The notes under the pieces: model-generated | Database searches by the model: none | What the model saw: only the letters and a program-made list of their open reading frames with translations | What the model was told of the DNA's origin: nothing | Source: an uncultured Micavibrio sp. | GTDB taxonomy: Bacteria; Pseudomonadota; Alphaproteobacteria; Micavibrionales; UBA2020 | Assembly: GCA_964575605.1 (NCBI GenBank) | Contig: CAZNRN010000008.1 | Location: 47,918-111,917 of the forward strand | DNA: 64,000 nt | Direction: 5' to 3' | Program-made: the position numbers and the translations under genes | Part shown: one piece after another, positions 21,841 to 31,133 of the stretch | How positions within the stretch are numbered: the first letter of the stretch is position 1 | Layout: each line of letters opens with the position of its first letter

Positions 21841-23439
21841 TTAATGCCTGAAATGCCTTCTGCCCGTAAACGTCATGGCGATGCCGGAATCGTTGCAGGC
21901 GGCAATCACCTCTTTATCCTTCACGCTGCCGCCCGGCTGCACGATGTAACGGATGCCCGCCGCCGCCGCGACGCCGATATTGTCGGCGAAGGGGAAGAAC
22001 GCGTCCGATACCAGCACGGCCTGCGCGAGGTCTTTGTGCCCGTTTTCATGCGCCTTTTCGACCGCCTGTTTCATGCTGACGAGGCGGTTGGGATTGCCCA
22101 TGCCCGCGCCGATCATGCTGAGGCCCTTGTCATTCGCGCTGAAAATGCCGATCGCGTTGCTCTTTAAATGCTTGCAGGCCATCACGCCGAAACGCGCCAG
22201 TTCGGTGCGCTCCGCCGAAAACGGCGCGCTGGTCATCGGCTTGAATTCCGCATCGACGCCCTCGTCTTCCTGCTGCACCACCCAGCCGCCCGAGATGGAA
22301 CGCACCATCATCGATTTCTGCGTGCCGGTATAGGGAGCAAGAGCCAGCAGGCGGAGGTTGGCCTTGGCCGCAAAGACTTTCTTCGCGCCTTCGGAATAGG
22401 AGGGCGCGACAATCACCTCGACAAAGCGGTTCGAGAGCCATGTGGCGACGTCTTCGCCCACTTCCATGTTGAAGCACAAAATGCCGCCGAAGCTGCTGAC
22501 CGGGTCGCCCGCCCAGGCGGTTTCAAGCGCCTCCAGCGGCGTTTTGCCAAGGGCGAGGCCGCAGGGGCTGAGGTGCTTGATGATCGACACTGCCGCGGGG
22601 AAAGATTTGTTGCCCAGCGCCGCGATATCGCCGCAGCTGCGCCATGCCGCATCGGCATCGAGCAGGTTGTTGTAGGACAATTCCTTGCCCTGCAGCGGCT
22701 CCGCGCCCGCAAGGCCCGGATTGAAGGGGTCGGCATGCACCCATGATTTCTGGTGCGGGTTTTCGCCGTAGCGCAGCGCCTTGCCGGTCGCGGTCGGGAT
22801 GGCGACGGTGCGCTGCTCCTCGCCCCATTCGCTTTCCATGCGGGCGGCGATCATGCTGTCGTAGTTCGCGGTATGGCGGAAGGCGGCCAGCGCCAGCTTC
22901 GCCCGCGTTTCGGCGCGCACCTGGCCGCCGGTTTCGTTGAGGTCGCGGATGACCATGCCGTATTGCGAGGGTTCGGTCACCACGGCGACTGATGCATAGT
23001 TTTTCGCCGCCGCGCGGATCATGGTGGGGCCGCCCACGTCGATATTCTCGATAATTTCGGCCCAGTCCTTGCTTTTTTTCGCCGTCGCCTCGAAGGGGTA
23101 GAGGTTGCAGACGACAAGGTCGATGGGCTGGATTTTCAGTGCCTCGGCCTGCTTTTCATCCTCGGCATGGCCGCGGCGGAACAGCAGCGCCGATGAAATC
23201 TGGAAGCTGAGCGTTTTCATGCGGCCGCCGAAGGCCTCGGGGTTGCCGGTAACTTTTTCAACGGGGGTATAGGCTAAGCCGTTTTCCTGCAAAAACTTGC
23301 CCGTGCCGCCGGAGGAAATGATTTCCACCTTTTTCTCGACCAGCTTGGCCGCGAGTTCGGCGAGGCCGGTTTTATCGCTGACGCTGACCAGCGCGCGTTT
23401 TATTTCAGACGGCTTTGCGTTCATAGCTGCTTTCCTCAC
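21841..23439 (-). CDS. purH: bifunctional AICAR transformylase / IMP cyclohydrolase
   Basis: RALVSVSDKTGL, GGTGKFL and C-terminal GRRHFRH. The start is at 23439 or at MNAKPSE (23424). Confidence 0.92.
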   Translation of the reverse strand: MRKAAMNAKPSEIKRALVSVSDKTGLAELAAKLVEKKVEIISSGGTGKFLQENGLAYTPVEKVTGNPEAFGGRMKTLSFQISSALLFRRGHAEDEKQAEALKIQPIDLVVCNLYPFEATAKKSKDWAEIIENIDVGGPTMIRAAAKNYASVAVVTEPSQYGMVIRDLNETGGQVRAETRAKLALAAFRHTANYDSMIAARMESEWGEEQRTVAIPTATGKALRYGENPHQKSWVHADPFNPGLAGAEPLQGKELSYNNLLDADAAWRSCGDIAALGNKSFPAAVSIIKHLSPCGLALGKTPLEALETAWAGDPVSSFGGILCFNMEVGEDVATWLSNRFVEVIVAPSYSEGAKKVFAAKANLRLLALAPYTGTQKSMMVRSISGGWVVQQEDEGVDAEFKPMTSAPFSAERTELARFGVMACKHLKSNAIGIFSANDKGLSMIGAGMGNPNRLVSMKQAVEKAHENGHKDLAQAVLVSDAFFPFADNIGVAAAAGIRYIVQPGGSVKDKEVIAACNDSGIAMTFTGRRHFRH

Positions 23440-24193
23440 CCTTCATGATGCGCATGATATTTTCGAAAATCAGGGCGCCATCGCCTTTTTCAGGCGCGAC
23501 GCCGGTGTTTTTATAGGTCTCGCGGAAAATAAACGCCTCGGGGTGCGGCATCAGGCCCAGCACCATGCCGGTCGGGTCGGTCAGCGCGGCGATACGGCCA
23601 TACGAACCATTGACGTCTTCGGTATAGGTGAGCGGCACGAGGCCTTCGTTGATGAGCGCGTCGTAATGTTTCTTTTCCTCGCCGGGCTTGAAGGCGATCC
23701 GGCCTTCGCCATGGCGTATCGGCAGTTCGATCTGCGCTTTCTCCAACCCTTGCGTCCAGAGGCAGATGCTCTGCTGGTCGACGTTGAGGCTGACCCAGCG
23801 GTTGATGAAACCGCCCTGCTCGTTCGCGGCCAGCGCCAGGATGCGCTCTTCCGCCTTCGGATAAGGCAGAAGGCCGAGTTTCACCAGCACCTGGAAACCG
23901 TTGCAGATGCCGATGACGGGCTTGCGGCCCTCGACCATCTTGAAGAATTTATCGCCCAGTTTATGGCGGATTTTGAGCGCGAGTATCTGGCCGGAGCCCA
24001 GTTCGTCGCCGAAGGAAAAACCGCCCGGAATGGCAAGGCCGTCGGCGGTCTTGAGCGTTTCGGGCGCGGCGATGAGGTCGTTGACGTGGATGATTTTGGC
24101 TTCCGCGCCCGCGAATTCGAGCGCGAAGGCGGTTTCACGCTCGCAGTTGATGCCGTCGCCGGCCATGACCATGAATAAAGGTTTTTTCGTCAT
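23405..24193 (-). CDS. purQ: FGAM synthase glutaminase subunit
   Basis: IPGGFSFGDE, catalytic GICNGFQ and MPHPE. Confidence 0.9.
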   Translation of the reverse strand: MTKKPLFMVMAGDGINCERETAFALEFAGAEAKIIHVNDLIAAPETLKTADGLAIPGGFSFGDELGSGQILALKIRHKLGDKFFKMVEGRKPVIGICNGFQVLVKLGLLPYPKAEERILALAANEQGGFINRWVSLNVDQQSICLWTQGLEKAQIELPIRHGEGRIAFKPGEEKKHYDALINEGLVPLTYTEDVNGSYGRIAALTDPTGMVLGLMPHPEAFIFRETYKNTGVAPEKGDGALIFENIMRIMKGEESSYERKAV

Positions 24194-24194
24194 C

Positions 24195-27100
24195 TTAAAA
24201 TCCTCTCTTCCACGCGGTTAAAATGTCATCCAGTGAAATTTCGGTGTCTTTCAGCGCCAGTTTTCCCGTGGCCGCGACTGTCCCAATCTGCGTTGCGGCC
24301 GGGACGGTTTTTTCAAAGGCGGCTTTTTGCGCAGGTGACACGCTGACAACGATGCGCCCGGGCGCTTCGCCAAACAGTGTTGCGGCGTCGGTGTTGATTT
24401 CCAGCGCAGCACCCAGCCGGCCCGCCAGCATGCTTTCGGCGACGGCGACCAGCAGGCCGCCCTCCGACACGTCATGCGCCGAGCGGACAAGGTTTTGTTT
24501 AAGGGCGCTGTGGAGGGCGCGGTAGAGTGCCAGGTTTTTGGCGGGGTCGATCGCGGGGCCGTTGTCGTCGGCCACTTCGAAGGCATAGGCATATTCGGAA
24601 CCGGCGAGGCCTTGCGTGCCTTCAGTGCCCAGTACATAAATAAGGTCGCCCGCGGTGCGGAAGGCAGAACCGGTGGAGGCGCCCATCGGCACCTTCGCCA
24701 TGGCCGTGACCATCAGCGTCGGCAGGCAGCTGATGTTGATATCCATGCCGCGGCCGTCCTTGCCGCGGAAATCGTTCTTCATGCTGTCCTTGCCGGAAAC
24801 CAGCGGCGCGCCATAGGCCTTGCAGATATCGTAAAGCCCCTGGCAGGTGCGTACGAGCTGGCCGAGTTTGTACGCGCCATCGGGATTTTTGGCCGAGGTG
24901 ACAGGGTCGGGCCAGCAGAAATTGTCGAGCAGGCAGAGCATGTCGGGGTCGCCGCCCGCCGTCACGACGTTGCGTACGGCTTCGTCCACCGCGAACTGCG
25001 CCATGCGGTAGGGGTCGAGAGGCGATATGCGCGGCGCCATGCCGCAACCGACCGCAACCGCGTTTTCTTTCTGTCCGCCATGCGGGTAGAGCCAGATGAC
25101 GCCGGCATCCGAAGGGCCGTCGGCCTTTGCGCCCGCGAAGGGTTTCACATGGGTCGAGGCCTGCACCTCGTGGTCGTAGGCGCGCACCCATTTTTCTTTG
25201 GAAGTAATGTTGGGCGAGGCCAGCAGCGTCAGCAGCGCGTCGCGCGTTGCGGGCGCTGCGGTGCGTTTTGCAGACAGCTTGGTCGTTTCCGACCAGCTGG
25301 CGCGCGCCTTCGGCCCCGTCCATTCGGCTTTCAGCTGCATCTGCGGGAGCGAGTTGTGGAGGAAGTGGAGGTCGAGGATGCCGGTCAGCGCGCCCTTGTA
25401 AAACACCTCGAGCTTGCCTGTATCGGTAAATGCGCCGATATCTGTCGCTACCACGCCGCGTTTCATGGCGAGCGAGAGGAAATCTTTCAGCTTTTTCGGC
25501 GGCACGGCCAGCGTCATGCGCTCCTGGCTCTCGGATACCATCAGCTCCCACGGCGAAAGGCCGGGGTATTTGACGGGGCAGAGCGCGAGATCGAGCGACG
25601 CGCCGCCCGACATCTGCGCCATTTCGCCGACGCTGGACGACAGCCCGCCCGCGCCGTTGTCGGTAATCGCCGCATATAAACCAAGGTCGCGCGCCTCGAG
25701 CAGGAAATCAGCCATGCGCTTTTGTGTCAGCGGGTCGCCGATCTGCACCGCGGTGGCGGGCGCGTTTTCGTCCAGCTCGAGCGAGCTGAAGGTTGCGCCG
25801 TGGATGCCGTCCGCGCCGATCGCGCCGCCGACCATCACGATGCGGTCGCCGGCGGCAAGTTTCTTTTCGGATGAATCGCGGCCATCGGGCAGTTTCGGCG
25901 GCAGGACGCCGACGGTGCCGACGAACACCAGCGGCTTGCCCGCATAATCGCGGTCGAAGAAAAAGGCGCCGTTGACCGTGGGAATGCCGCTTTTGTTGCC
26001 GCCGTCCTCGACGCCCTTGTGTACGCCTTCCAAAATGCGGCGGGGCGGCTTGGGGCCAAGCGGCATGAATTGTTCTTCGCCTTTCGCCGGCATGCTGGGC
26101 GGGGCAAAGCAGAAGACGTCGGTATTGGCGATTGGGCGGGCGCCGAGGCCGCAGCCGAGGATATCGCGGTTGACGCCGAGGATGCCGGTCAGCGCGCCGC
26201 CGTAGGGGTCGAGCGCCGAGGGGCTGTTGTGCGTCTCGACCTTGATGCAGAGGTCGATGTTGTCATCGAAACGCACGATGCCCGCGTTGTCGCTGAAAAC
26301 CGACACCAGCCAGTTAAGCTTGCGCTCGGCCTCGATTTCCTTGGTGGCGCGCTTGATGTAGGTTTTGTAAAGGCTGTCGACCTGGCTGGTTTTCCCGTCC
26401 GCGCCGGTGAAATCGATTTTGGCGGCGAAAATCTTGTGCTTGCAGTGTTCGCTCCAGGTCTGGGCGAAGACCTCGATCTCGACGTCGGTCGGGTGCTGCG
26501 GCAGGCCGAGTTTTTTGCGCTCGGCTTGTGTTTCCGGCTTGCGGTAGTAGTCGCGGATATGGCGCAGTTCGGGCAGCGTCATGGCAAGGAAACGCTCCTT
26601 GCTGAGCTTTTCAAGGCCGGCGTCGTCCAGTTCCAGCGACACTTCTTCGGGCTTTGGCGGGTGGGTGAACAATGCCTTGGGCAGCTTCACGTCGTCGAAG
26701 CGTTTTAATTTAACGAATTCGGCATAGGGCCAGACGTCGATTTTCTGGATCAGTTCGTTGGCCAGCAGCTCGCGCGCAACCTTTTTCGCGCCCGCGGCAT
26801 CGACGCCGCCGAAGAGGAAATAAAGGCTGCCGCTCGCGACTTCGGCCTGCAGCCCGGTCAGCGACAGGGCTTCCTCGGCCGATCGGGCGGGGTTATCGGT
26901 GACGCCGGGGCGGTAGGTGATTTCGGCGACGAAGGCGGGCGCGTCTTTAAACGAATAATCGGCGGCACCCGTTTGCGCGCGGGCGAGGACGGGGTCGGCG
27001 AAGACCCTGCCGATTTTCACGGGTGCGTCATTGGCGGCGGAAAGCGGCGCGATTTTATAGACTTTGACTTCTTCGATGGCGGCCAAGGGCACGCCAAGGT

Positions 27101-27215
27101 ATTCCCGCGCCTCCTTCGCCCATTTGTCGAGGCGACGGTCGGGGATATGCGCTGCGACTTCTACCCTGATTGCTGCTGCGCCCATTTGTCCTTCGCCTTT
27201 TCCTTGCCGAGACAT
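24195..27215 (-). CDS. purL: FGAM synthase subunit PurL with an N-terminal PurS-like extension (PurSL-type fusion)
   Basis: 1006 aa versus about 740 for a stand-alone PurL. The PurL core begins near QTWSEHCKHKIF. The preceding ~200 aa form two short alpha/beta units, which I interpret as fused PurS. No separate purS gene is present. The start is ambiguous (27215 or 27185). Confidence 0.85.
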   Translation of the reverse strand: MSRQGKGEGQMGAAAIRVEVAAHIPDRRLDKWAKEAREYLGVPLAAIEEVKVYKIAPLSAANDAPVKIGRVFADPVLARAQTGAADYSFKDAPAFVAEITYRPGVTDNPARSAEEALSLTGLQAEVASGSLYFLFGGVDAAGAKKVARELLANELIQKIDVWPYAEFVKLKRFDDVKLPKALFTHPPKPEEVSLELDDAGLEKLSKERFLAMTLPELRHIRDYYRKPETQAERKKLGLPQHPTDVEIEVFAQTWSEHCKHKIFAAKIDFTGADGKTSQVDSLYKTYIKRATKEIEAERKLNWLVSVFSDNAGIVRFDDNIDLCIKVETHNSPSALDPYGGALTGILGVNRDILGCGLGARPIANTDVFCFAPPSMPAKGEEQFMPLGPKPPRRILEGVHKGVEDGGNKSGIPTVNGAFFFDRDYAGKPLVFVGTVGVLPPKLPDGRDSSEKKLAAGDRIVMVGGAIGADGIHGATFSSLELDENAPATAVQIGDPLTQKRMADFLLEARDLGLYAAITDNGAGGLSSSVGEMAQMSGGASLDLALCPVKYPGLSPWELMVSESQERMTLAVPPKKLKDFLSLAMKRGVVATDIGAFTDTGKLEVFYKGALTGILDLHFLHNSLPQMQLKAEWTGPKARASWSETTKLSAKRTAAPATRDALLTLLASPNITSKEKWVRAYDHEVQASTHVKPFAGAKADGPSDAGVIWLYPHGGQKENAVAVGCGMAPRISPLDPYRMAQFAVDEAVRNVVTAGGDPDMLCLLDNFCWPDPVTSAKNPDGAYKLGQLVRTCQGLYDICKAYGAPLVSGKDSMKNDFRGKDGRGMDINISCLPTLMVTAMAKVPMGASTGSAFRTAGDLIYVLGTEGTQGLAGSEYAYAFEVADDNGPAIDPAKNLALYRALHSALKQNLVRSAHDVSEGGLLVAVAESMLAGRLGAALEINTDAATLFGEAPGRIVVSVSPAQKAAFEKTVPAATQIGTVAATGKLALKDTEISLDDILTAWKRGF

Positions 27216-27907
27216 ACGATTTTCTTGTCGGTGCCGGGGATTTTCTCGAGCCTCCAGCTGCCCGCAATAAGGTGTTTCAGGAATTCCGCATAAATTTCGT
27301 ATTCCAGCTTCATGCCGCGGTCGCGGAATTTTTCAAAGGGCTCTTCCTCTTCCCGCTCGAACGCGCGCTGCAGGATGATGGGGCCGGTATCGACGCCGTC
27401 ATCGACGAAATGCAGCGTCACGCCGGAAATTTTCACTCCTGCGTTAAAGGCCTGCAAATAGCTGTCGGTGCCCGGGAAGGCGGGCAGCAGCGAGGGATGG
27501 ATATTGACGATACGGTTGATGCCGAGTTCGGCGTCATGGAAGCTTTTGACGAATTCGGGGCTGAGGATGCGCATGTAACCGGCCAGAAAAATCCACTCGA
27601 CGTTGTTTTTCTTCAGCACGTCGATGATGGATTTTTCGTGGTCTTCCTTGCTTACGCCCTGCTTGCGGGGCAGGATTTCGCACTGGGTGCCGAATTTCTT
27701 CGCGCGCTCGATGACGCCGGCGTAGGGCTGGTCGGTCAGCACCAGTATCGCCTCGATGCCGTCAAGTTTCTGGCAGTGCGTCAGGATGTTTTCTGCGTTG
27801 GTGCCGTTGCCGGAGGCGAAAACGGCGGCGCGGATGGGGTTATTTGCCCCAGAACTATTTCCCAATGTCTTTCCTCCAATGTGCGCCGTTAAATTTGATA
27901 TGGCCAA
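27161..27907 (-). CDS. purN: phosphoribosylglycinamide formyltransferase
   Basis: AVFASGNGTNAE, NIHPSLLPAFPG and HFVDDGVDTGPII. The annotated start overlaps purD by 53 nt, so the true start may be an internal non-ATG codon. Confidence 0.88.
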   Translation of the reverse strand: MAISNLTAHIGGKTLGNSSGANNPIRAAVFASGNGTNAENILTHCQKLDGIEAILVLTDQPYAGVIERAKKFGTQCEILPRKQGVSKEDHEKSIIDVLKKNNVEWIFLAGYMRILSPEFVKSFHDAELGINRIVNIHPSLLPAFPGTDSYLQAFNAGVKISGVTLHFVDDGVDTGPIILQRAFEREEEEPFEKFRDRGMKLEYEIYAEFLKHLIAGSWRLEKIPGTDKKIVCLGKEKAKDKWAQQQSG

Positions 27908-29162
27908 TGGCCTCGTAGGCGCGTTTGCGCGCCTCTTCCATCGTGGCGCCCAGCGCGGTGACGCCCAGCACGCGGCCGCCCTCGTTCGTCCAGCCTGCGC
28001 CGCCTTTTTTGGCGCCCGAGACGAAGAGCATTTTATTGTCGTTGGTGCCGCTATCCAGCAGCTTTTCAGGCAGGTCGATTTTCTGTCCTAATGTCATGCC
28101 CGTGCCGAAGGTTTCGGGGTAGCCTTCGGAGGCCATGACCACATGCACCGAAGCGCCTTCGCGCAAGGATACCTTTTCTGATTTTAACTGGCCCGCCGCG
28201 GCCGCCGCAAACAGCGGCACGATATCGTTTTCGATCAGCGGCAGCAAAATCTGCGTTTCAGGGTCGCCGAAGCGGGTGTTGAATTCAATCACCTGCACGT
28301 CGTCGCCCTCGATCATCAGGCCCGCGAAGAGGATGCCGCGGAAGGGCGTGCCGCGCGACTGCATGCCTGCCAATACCTTGCGGAAGATGCCTTCGGCCAC
28401 GAAGTTGCGCGCTTTAGCCGAAGGCCAGCCCTGCGGCGCATAGCCGCCCATGCCGCCGGTATTGGGGCCTTCGTCGTTGTCGCGTACGCGTTTATAATCG
28501 CACGCGAACCCCAGCGAGATAAATGTATCGCCATCGCAGAGCGCAAAGGCCGAGGCCTCGCGTCCGGTGATTTTCTGCTCCAGCAACAACCGGTCGCTTT
28601 TTACCTGGCATGCGGCGTTCAACATGAAATCATCGACGGTTTTTTCGGCTTGGGCGCGGTCATGCGTGACGACGACGCCCTTGCCCGCCGAAAGGCCGTC
28701 GGCCTTCAGCACCACGCCCCTGCCCGCCACATCCCAGCCCGCCAGTGCGGCCAGGGCGTCGGAGGCGGAATCGCAGATTTTATAAGGTGCGGTGGGGATG
28801 CCGAATTCGGTCATGAATTCCTTGGCGAATATCTTCGAGCTTTCCAGCTGCGCCGCCGCCTTGCTGGGGCCCAGCACAAGGAAGCCCGCTTTTTCAAGCG
28901 CATCGACAACGCCCGCGGCCAAGGGCTTTTCAGGCCCCACCATGACAAGGCCGGGTTTCAATTCCTGCGCCTTTGCGACCACAAAGGCCGCATCGGCGGG
29001 ATTGCCGGGAATGCAGGTGACTTTATCCAGCACCGCCATGCCGTCGTTGCCGGGAATGGCGTGGATATGGGTGACGCCGGGCGACTGGGACATTTTCCAG
29101 GCGAGCGCATGTTCGCGCCCGCCACCACCCAGCAGCAATACCGATGTCACCGTCTGCGTCAT
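27855..29162 (-). CDS. purD: phosphoribosylamine--glycine ligase
   Basis: VLLLGGGGREHALAWK plus an ATP-grasp region. ATGA overlap with the purC stop. Confidence 0.92.
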   Translation of the reverse strand: MTQTVTSVLLLGGGGREHALAWKMSQSPGVTHIHAIPGNDGMAVLDKVTCIPGNPADAAFVVAKAQELKPGLVMVGPEKPLAAGVVDALEKAGFLVLGPSKAAAQLESSKIFAKEFMTEFGIPTAPYKICDSASDALAALAGWDVAGRGVVLKADGLSAGKGVVVTHDRAQAEKTVDDFMLNAACQVKSDRLLLEQKITGREASAFALCDGDTFISLGFACDYKRVRDNDEGPNTGGMGGYAPQGWPSAKARNFVAEGIFRKVLAGMQSRGTPFRGILFAGLMIEGDDVQVIEFNTRFGDPETQILLPLIENDIVPLFAAAAAGQLKSEKVSLREGASVHVVMASEGYPETFGTGMTLGQKIDLPEKLLDSGTNDNKMLFVSGAKKGGAGWTNEGGRVLGVTALGATMEEARKRAYEAIGHIKFNGAHWRKDIGK

Positions 29163-30337
29163 GCCACTTTCCCGGGCTTTGCCGCAGGCGTCTTGACCAC
29201 TTCGTCAAGGTCCCAGGCGTCGGCGAAAATCGCCTTGCCGTGGAAGCGGACGGAGAGCGCCTTGGCGATGCCCTTGTAAATCATCTCGACGCGCTGCTTG
29301 ACAGCGGGCGCGAGGAGCGGCGGCGTCACCTGCAGTTCATCCATGCAGATTTTCTTCCAGTCTTTTTCGCCGCGCTGTTTCGCCAGGTCCTTGGCGGTTT
29401 CAAGGCCCTTGAGCCATGCGGTTGGGCGGTAGAAGCTGCGCAGCGCTTCTTTCGACAGGTGATGGCCTTCGCGGATCAGGCGCAGTTCGTCGGGGCCGAT
29501 GGAATCAACCAGCATGTATTCGCGGTTCCCCTGGCGGTTTTTCACGCCGAAGCCGAATTCCAGCTTGCCGTCCCACAGTTCAACGCCGATGGCGGCGAAG
29601 ACGTCTTTCAGGCGGAGCGCCGTCAGGCGCGCCAGCACGCCCAGCGCGCGGAATTCTTCAGCCGACAGCCCGGCGATTTCCTGCGCTTCCGCATAGGGCA
29701 GGTAGCGGTCGGAGGTTTCGAGCTTGGTCGAATATTCGATGACGGGAATGTCGAAAACCTCGCCGGAAACAGGAGGCTTGGAGAGCCCCAGCGCCTTGCA
29801 GTATTCGGCATTGCCCGTGCGCTGCAGAAGCGACGAGCCCTCAGGCACGCCGAAACGGAAGATGACTTCGAGCGGCACCAGCGTGTTTTCGGGCTTCGCG
29901 CGGTAGGGCGTGTAATCCCAGTGCAGCTTGCCGTCGATGACGCTGGAGGTCGGGTCGATGACATCGACCGGCGTGACCGCCAGGCAGCGCGACGGCGAGA
30001 GGAATTCGCGCTGCAGCGGAATTTGCCGCGCGTCATGGTCGACGAGACCCAGCATATGGTGCCTCAACCCCGTTTCGCGCAGGCCGCGCAATACGCTTTC
30101 CTGTTCAAACGCCGCAGGCGCCTGCCAGTTCTGCCAGTTTTCGGGCTTGCCAAGGAAGTCGAAGAAGAACCAGCCCATAAAGGCCAGCGCCGCGCCCTTG
30201 TCGGCCAGCAGGTCGGGCATCTGGCCCCAGTCGAAAATGGAATAACGGTCGGAGAATTCGAAGATGTAGGGCGACTGGCCTTCCTCGCCCCTCACGTTTT
30301 TCACGGAACCTTCGTAAATGATGGCGGGTAAAGTCAT
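29159..30337 (-). CDS. purC: SAICAR synthetase (long form)
   Basis: YEGSVKNV...FEFSDRYSIFDWG. The start was moved to MTLPAI (complement of 30335-30337), where ATGA overlaps the purE-like stop. At 392 aa it is longer than common bacterial PurC. Confidence 0.85.
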   Translation of the reverse strand: MTLPAIIYEGSVKNVRGEEGQSPYIFEFSDRYSIFDWGQMPDLLADKGAALAFMGWFFFDFLGKPENWQNWQAPAAFEQESVLRGLRETGLRHHMLGLVDHDARQIPLQREFLSPSRCLAVTPVDVIDPTSSVIDGKLHWDYTPYRAKPENTLVPLEVIFRFGVPEGSSLLQRTGNAEYCKALGLSKPPVSGEVFDIPVIEYSTKLETSDRYLPYAEAQEIAGLSAEEFRALGVLARLTALRLKDVFAAIGVELWDGKLEFGFGVKNRQGNREYMLVDSIGPDELRLIREGHHLSKEALRSFYRPTAWLKGLETAKDLAKQRGEKDWKKICMDELQVTPPLLAPAVKQRVEMIYKGIAKALSVRFHGKAIFADAWDLDEVVKTPAAKPGKVA

Positions 30338-31092
30338 GCTGCTTTCTCCTTGGAAACTTTTGCGGAAGCGCCGAGGCGCGCGACCGAGGCGACGGCGTTG
30401 CGCGTGTTGTTGCACCCGACCCAGAGGCCGCCCTTGTTCGCCCATTCTACCAGTTGCAGGTAGGATTCAGGTTTCTGCGCGTGCGATTTCGACATCAGCG
30501 GCACGTGCAGGCAAAGCTCACCCGGGTGGATATGGACGCTTTCGGCCACAAGGCGCACGTCAAACGCGCCGTCGGTCGAGGACATGTCCGTCAGCTTGAC
30601 CTCGATGCCTTTTTCTTTCGCCGCCGTGCGCGCCTTTTCAATTTCGGCGATGAGTTCGGCATCGGCCATGTATTCGGGCGAGGGCGCCACGAAATTGATG
30701 CGGGAATAATCGACGCGCGCGGTGCCGTATTGTTTCAGGAAGGCGGGGATTTCGGACGGTTTCTGCGGCCCTGCCGTCATCACCGGCACGCCGGGCGGCA
30801 TTTGCGCGATGGAGGCGAAACTGTCGAGCCCGCCGAATTGCGAGGGCACAGCGACGCCGAAGACGGGGATTTTGACCATGGCGGCAACCACACCGGGCAG
30901 CGCCGCGGCAAGGCCTGCGCCGGCCACAACCGCGTCGCCCTTCCATTCGTGCATTTTGGCGTGGAGTTTATCGAGGTCGCGGTGGGCGGAGATGGCTTCG
31001 TATTCCACTTCCGCGAATTTTTTGAGGCTTTCGACCAGCGGCAGCGCCGTCCCTTCGTCGGATTTGCTGCCGAACACTACGAATATCTTCAT
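30334..31092 (-). CDS. purE: atypical PurE-like protein (AIR carboxylase fold + ~120-aa C-terminal extension)
   Basis: VFGSKSDE, SAHRD, GAGLAAALPGVVAA, PVFGVAVP and QMPPGVPVMT match PurE blocks within the first ~125 aa. The remainder is not recognised. Confidence 0.7.
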   Translation of the reverse strand: MKIFVVFGSKSDEGTALPLVESLKKFAEVEYEAISAHRDLDKLHAKMHEWKGDAVVAGAGLAAALPGVVAAMVKIPVFGVAVPSQFGGLDSFASIAQMPPGVPVMTAGPQKPSEIPAFLKQYGTARVDYSRINFVAPSPEYMADAELIAEIEKARTAAKEKGIEVKLTDMSSTDGAFDVRLVAESVHIHPGELCLHVPLMSKSHAQKPESYLQLVEWANKGGLWVGCNNTRNAVASVARLGASAKVSKEKAA

Positions 31093-31133
31093 TACCGTCC
31101 CCCTCGTTAATTAAGAAAAAACTATGTCTAGGC

